Part shown: positions 59,807 through 64,000 of the stretch, piece by piece
Numbering within the stretch: the stretch's first letter is position 1
Layout of the letters: each line of letters opens with the position of its first letter
Source: a bacterium
GTDB taxonomy: Bacteria > Omnitrophota > Gorgyraeia > Zapsychrales > Fredricksoniimonadaceae
Direction: 5' to 3'
Length of the DNA stretch: 64,000 bases
Assembly: GCA_021783915.1 (NCBI GenBank)
Contig: JAJXTI010000001.1
Coordinates: 1,540-65,539 of the forward strand
The notes under the pieces: model-generated
Databases searched by the model: none
What the model was told of the DNA's origin: nothing
What the model saw: the letters and a program-made list of their open reading frames with translations, nothing else
Translations under genes and position numbers: made by a program

Positions 59807-61651
59807 ATGAGAATATTTTTATCTAGAAGTTTGAGCATATTGCTGGTAACTGCTTTTGTGTTTTCCAACATGGTTCCTTTAGCGGCACTGGCCCAAGAAC
59901 AGGGCCTTGACCAAAATATGCCCCAAAAGGAAGAGCCACCGTTAAACCCGCAAGGAGGCCCTGCTAAGCCCGCGGAGTTAATTAACCTGTTGGTCGGAGA
60001 TGTCCAGAAGATTGAAACCAAGAACCTGACTAGGGTCGCCGTTACCGATCCTGCCATTGTAGATATTTCAGATGTAAAACCAGGAGGAATCTTTGTTGTC
60101 GGCAAAAGACCAGGACAGACGCAGGTCTTTGTTTGGGATGACGGCGGCAAACGCGGCATTACCATCCGCGTTGCCATTGAAGACCTGGACATGCTTAAAA
60201 CCAGGATCCAGGAAGTCATTGACAGGGCGCAGATAAAAGGGGTCTCTTTAGACAAAGATGTTTACGAAGGCAAGCTTGTTTTGTCCGGAGCGATCACAAA
60301 AGAGGACAAAGACACCTTGGACAAGATCATGGAACCTTTCAGCGACAGGATCATCAACTTGGTCAAAAAAAAGGTGATTGAAGATTTGGTGGAAATAGAC
60401 ATGCAGATCATGGAGATTAATGTAACGTTTGAAAAGAACCTTGGCATAGATTGGAGCAACGCCTTCACCGCCGCTTCTTCTGGAAACAACGGGACCACCG
60501 GCGCCAATCTTTTGCAGCCAAGCTATCAAGAAACGCTCCCCAGCCTTAACGGCAAGCCGGAAGACTTCTTTAAGATTGGCAAATTTTACCGGACCACACC
60601 CCTTCAGGCGAACGTCAACGCTTTAATCAACGAAGGGAAGGCAAGGATCCTTTCTAAACCCAGACTGTTAGTTCTTAACGGCAAGGAAGCGAGCTTCCTG
60701 GTCGGTGGTGAAATCCCGATCCAAAACACCACGACCTCTTCCAGCAGCACAACCACCCAAACAAGCACGACATTTAAGCAGTACGGGGTCAATGTGGTCG
60801 TTACTCCAACAATAAGGGAAGGCAAAATTGATATTTTGCTGAACGTTCAAATCAGCGATATTGATCCTTCAACCCCTATAACCAGCGGGGACGTGGCTTA
60901 CGTGACTCGCCAGGCGCAAACGGAACTGTTTTTGGATAATATGCAGACGGTCGTGTTGGCGGGGTTGATAAAGCATAATGATTCGAATACCGTAAAGAGA
61001 GTGGCCTTTTTAGGCAACATTCCTGTCATCGGGGCTTTGTTTAGGAATCGAGACAAAGGGCCCAATAAGGACACAGAAGTTGTGATTACCTTGACCCCTA
61101 TAATTTTAAAATCCAAAAAGCTTGCCACGGACCAGGTGGTCATGCCCTCCAAGCGTCTGAACAGGCTTAAAAATGAAGTGGAAAGTAATTTTGATAAAGA
61201 ACCATTGAGCGCCCTTACCAATCCCAAACAAGAACTCCTCAAGAGCCCCCTTAAGAGTGTTGAGACAAGAACCGTTCTCAATCCAGCCATGACAACGCCA
61301 TTGGTGGATGTTCCAGACACAGCGCTATTGCCTTATGTGAGGGACATTCAATTAAGGATTTCTCAGGCCATTTCGTACCCTTATGAAGCGATACAAAAAA
61401 ATTGGGAAGGCACCGTGAAATTAAGGCTGCGCATCCTCAGGGACGGTTCTTTGGCCGATTGTGACCTGCTCGAGAGTTCCGGGCACGATATTTTTGACAG
61501 AGACGCCCTTAATACGGCAAAAATGGTGGCCCCATTCTCACCTTTCCCTGAGCAGATGCACCGGAAGGATTTGGTGGTGACAGTCCCTATTGTCTATAAC
61601 CAGCACAGCGTTTCCAGAGGCAACACGCAGACGGTAGTGGCCTCTTATTAA
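59807..61651 (+). CDS. cpaC: Tad/type II secretion-family secretin (CpaC/RcpA-like) with fused C-terminal TonB_C-like domain
   Basis: Signal peptide, pilus N-domain, secretin core (ARILSKPRLLVLNGKEASFLVGGEIP ... FLGNIPVIGALF). C-terminal YPYEAIQKNWEGTVKLRLRILRDGSLADCDLLESSGHDIFDRDALNTAKMVAPFSPFP resembles the TonB C-terminal domain. Confidence 0.75.
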   Translation: MRIFLSRSLSILLVTAFVFSNMVPLAALAQEQGLDQNMPQKEEPPLNPQGGPAKPAELINLLVGDVQKIETKNLTRVAVTDPAIVDISDVKPGGIFVVGKRPGQTQVFVWDDGGKRGITIRVAIEDLDMLKTRIQEVIDRAQIKGVSLDKDVYEGKLVLSGAITKEDKDTLDKIMEPFSDRIINLVKKKVIEDLVEIDMQIMEINVTFEKNLGIDWSNAFTAASSGNNGTTGANLLQPSYQETLPSLNGKPEDFFKIGKFYRTTPLQANVNALINEGKARILSKPRLLVLNGKEASFLVGGEIPIQNTTTSSSSTTTQTSTTFKQYGVNVVVTPTIREGKIDILLNVQISDIDPSTPITSGDVAYVTRQAQTELFLDNMQTVVLAGLIKHNDSNTVKRVAFLGNIPVIGALFRNRDKGPNKDTEVVITLTPIILKSKKLATDQVVMPSKRLNRLKNEVESNFDKEPLSALTNPKQELLKSPLKSVETRTVLNPAMTTPLVDVPDTALLPYVRDIQLRISQAISYPYEAIQKNWEGTVKLRLRILRDGSLADCDLLESSGHDIFDRDALNTAKMVAPFSPFPEQMHRKDLVVTVPIVYNQHSVSRGNTQTVVASY

Positions 61652-61653
61652 GA

Positions 61654-62802
61654 ATGCTCAACTATCAAAATAGTTTTCTCCCAAGGATTGTTTTCTTTTC
61701 CAGCACAGGCATTCTTTTTTTATCCTCGATGTCTTACGCGGGACTGTCCCGGGATCAGATCATGCAAAGGGAGATGGACTGCGTTAACAGACATCTTCAA
61801 GAAGGAAAAATGTCGTGGCAGGACGTTTGTTATACCGGCTCCTCTAAGGATGGCGGGAGACGACGGGTAATCAATGAGCAAATGAATCAAATAGAGGAGC
61901 AGGGGCAACAAGTTTCCGACACTCAGCGGCAACCGGCCCTGGGGGATCAAACGGGGCAAACACCTTCGGCAGAAAAACAACCAACAGAAATTTCGCAGGA
62001 AACTCCAAAGAAACGGTATTCATTGGCCCCTGCAAGAGTCCATACATTTGACATAGGGGTGGATCCTTATTATAACCGCTATAACGAACACGATACCGGT
62101 GTTTTCTTAACGGGCGCCATGGTCGGTTATTATGGGAACTATGCTTTCCGTCCTCCCAAGGGGAACGTATTGAACAATGAAATCCTTGATTTTTACAGTT
62201 TACAAGGCCACTACGCTCAAGGCAAATTAGATTATAAAGGTTCAGGGACCGACAATGGTTACCCCAATAAGATGTTTGAGGTCAGGGGGCTGGTGGGCAA
62301 GGATTTTGATTTTACTGATTCTTCACGCGTAACGGGCTATTTTGGCTATGGGTACCGTTTTTTGCAAGACAACAGCCAAGGGCAGATGACCTCAACGGGC
62401 GCCTGGGGATACCATCGCAGGTCTCATTATTTTTATATTCCTATAGGCGCCACAGCGGACATCCCCACTGGTAAAGATACTCAGGTGAGTTTGAACCTCG
62501 AATACGACTACTTTATTCAGGGATACCAAAAAAGCTGTCTGAGCGATGGCAACCACTTTACCACCCATGGGCTTAGCACAGACGTCAAAAACCATCAAGA
62601 CAATGGTTTTGGCCTGCGCGGTTCAGTGAGGTTTTTGAAACACTATCCCCAACTGGACGTGTATTTTGAACCCTTCATCCGTTTTTGGAACATCGAGGAT
62701 TCGAAAGTGGAAGACACCATAATCGACGGAAAATTTTCAAGTGGTTTGGAGCCCCACAATACAACCGTTGAGACTGGATCCAAATTTGGCGTTCAGTTTT
62801 AA
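61654..62802 (+). CDS. predicted outer-membrane beta-barrel protein
   Basis: Signal peptide, alternating aromatic/Gly-rich strands, C-terminal ...KFGVQF ending in Phe. Confidence 0.5.
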   Translation: MLNYQNSFLPRIVFFSSTGILFLSSMSYAGLSRDQIMQREMDCVNRHLQEGKMSWQDVCYTGSSKDGGRRRVINEQMNQIEEQGQQVSDTQRQPALGDQTGQTPSAEKQPTEISQETPKKRYSLAPARVHTFDIGVDPYYNRYNEHDTGVFLTGAMVGYYGNYAFRPPKGNVLNNEILDFYSLQGHYAQGKLDYKGSGTDNGYPNKMFEVRGLVGKDFDFTDSSRVTGYFGYGYRFLQDNSQGQMTSTGAWGYHRRSHYFYIPIGATADIPTGKDTQVSLNLEYDYFIQGYQKSCLSDGNHFTTHGLSTDVKNHQDNGFGLRGSVRFLKHYPQLDVYFEPFIRFWNIEDSKVEDTIIDGKFSSGLEPHNTTVETGSKFGVQF

Positions 62803-62846
62803 ATGCTTTACGCGGTGAATCTAAATCCCCTGATGACAAAATAAAA

Positions 62847-62882
62847 AACCGTGGTACAATAGAAGTTGTCCGCGGTTTTTTC
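62847..62882 (+). terminator. intrinsic terminator after the OMP gene
   Basis: aaccgtgg-(15 nt loop)-ccgcggtt followed by TTTTTCGTT. Confidence 0.5.
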
Positions 62883-62966
62883 GTTCCTCGTTAGTCGTCC
62901 TTCGTAAGAAATAGGAAACGAAATGCCAGATGTTTATAGGAACAACAAACACGCAGAATTCAAAAA

Positions 62967-64000
62967 ATGTCTTGCAAAATCATAACAGTATTTAGCAATA
63001 AAGGAGGGGTGGGAAAGACCTTTGTTTCAGTCAACGTGGCTGCCGCTCTGACTCTTAAGGGCAAGAAAGTTCTGACCGTTGATTTAGATCTTCAGGCCGG
63101 ACAGAACATGGCGCGCATGTTTAATTTGACGCCTTCTTTCTCGTTGGTGGATCTCCTGGAGACTGATGAAAAAGATCAGAACATCCCCAAATATGCCACG
63201 GCCCATTCCAGCGGACTGGATTTTATCCCCGCCATCAATAACCTCGGCCAAGTGGGGCACCTCACCGCAGACAACGTGCGGCCATTTTTTAAAAAAGCGT
63301 CAACCATTTATGATTATATCATCATCGACGCAGATAAGATATTTACTGAGACCCTCATCAGTATTTTAGACAACACCAATTTAATATTGCTTGTCACGAC
63401 CCCAGACATCCTGGCTGTCTACCAGGCCAAGAACAGCCTCGACATTTTACAGGGCCTGCATTTCCCGTTAAAGATGTCAAAATTGATCTTAAACCGGGCG
63501 GAAAGCCGGGGAGGAGTGGCCTGGCAAGAAGTGCAGAGTGTTCTGTCTTGTGAAATCCTTTCCCTTGTCCCATCCGATGGAAGGACCGTGGGTCTGGCTT
63601 TAAACAGGGGGATTCCTTGCGTTATCGACAGCCCCAAGACGCGTGTCTCCGAAGTGTTTTTTGAATTGGCGGACAAACTCCAATCGGAAGAAATCTACGT
63701 ACCATCTTCCGATATCGTTAAGGTGCGCGCTGTTGATGGTGTCGTCCCCAAGGGCAACGCATTCTGGCAGAAATTTGGCATTGCTTTCGACACCTCTTCA
63801 CCGATACAGGCGTCGTATAAAAAAGAAGAAGACGATCTCATCAAATTAAAGAAGGCGATCCACCACAAACTTGTTGAGAAGATGAATTTGAAAAAAATAT
63901 CGACGGAAATTTTGACTGACGCGCAACAGTCCGCCAATATCCGAAAAGCGGCGGAAAAAGTCGTCACGGAGCTGCTCGCGGAAACTTCAGGGGCCATTAT
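62967..64000 (+). CDS. CpaE/TadZ-like MinD/ParA-family ATPase ORF that continues in frame into a CpaF/TadA-like N-terminal region; partial, runs off the window
   Basis: Hand translation in frame 0: MSCKIITVFSNKGGVGKTFVSVNVAAAL (deviant Walker A) ... no stop up to 64000. Distal part is ...SYKKEEDDLIKLKKAIHHKLVEKMNLKKISTEILTDAQQSANIRKAAEKVVTELL. Confidence 0.55.
   Translation, partial: MSCKIITVFSNKGGVGKTFVSVNVAAALTLKGKKVLTVDLDLQAGQNMARMFNLTPSFSLVDLLETDEKDQNIPKYATAHSSGLDFIPAINNLGQVGHLTADNVRPFFKKASTIYDYIIIDADKIFTETLISILDNTNLILLVTTPDILAVYQAKNSLDILQGLHFPLKMSKLILNRAESRGGVAWQEVQSVLSCEILSLVPSDGRTVGLALNRGIPCVIDSPKTRVSEVFFELADKLQSEEIYVPSSDIVKVRAVDGVVPKGNAFWQKFGIAFDTSSPIQASYKKEEDDLIKLKKAIHHKLVEKMNLKKISTEILTDAQQSANIRKAAEKVVTELLAETSGAI

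Noticed and set aside
63643-63997. ORFs 63643..63849 (+) and 63695..63997 (-), 63419..63676 (-)
   Set aside because: Alternative frames over the CpaE/CpaF-like coding region. Frame 0 gives the ATPase motifs.

Overview
The window looks like a bacterial chromosome segment spanning the replication origin: rpmH(-) | DnaA boxes | dnaA-dnaN-DUF721-gyrB-gyrA(+). Almost every gene left of about 47.2 kb is on the minus strand and almost every gene to the right is on the plus strand. The left part is mostly core genes on the minus strand. These are gltX, two tandem PilZ genes, ymdB-rny, a 5-FCL gene, rarA, hppA, the thrS-infC-rpmI-rplT-pheS-pheT cluster, a tRNA-Leu/Val/Cys cluster, coaC-rpoZ-gmk-yicC-ndk, parB-parA and a jag-yidC-yidD-rpmH block; the one plus-strand gene in this stretch is a GGDEF diguanylate cyclase. 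The rnpA gene is missing from its usual place between rpmH and yidD. A 9.1-kb gene encoding a 3043-aa secreted or membrane protein sits between thrS and infC. It carries proline-rich tandem repeats and what look like HlyD-like and TolC-like modules. At the far left is a partial gene for a multiheme cytochrome c fused to a di-heme cytochrome b (CbcL-like). An AT-rich integrated element lies at about 4.4-13.3 kb, next to a tRNA-Gln. It holds hypothetical proteins, an excisionase-like HTH gene, a tyrosine integrase, an XRE controller-like gene, a Type III mod-res pair and a large serine recombinase. The right end holds a Tad/Flp pilus locus: cpaB, a cpaC secretin with a C-terminal TonB-like domain, an outer-membrane beta-barrel gene, and a CpaE-like ATPase ORF that appears to read in frame into a CpaF-like N-terminus and off the window. 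Five tRNAs were found by eye (Gln, Leu, Val, Cys, Glu). No rRNA and no CRISPR array were seen. The combination of giant gene, Tad pilus and compact core would fit an uncultivated lineage such as Omnitrophota, but that is only an inference.
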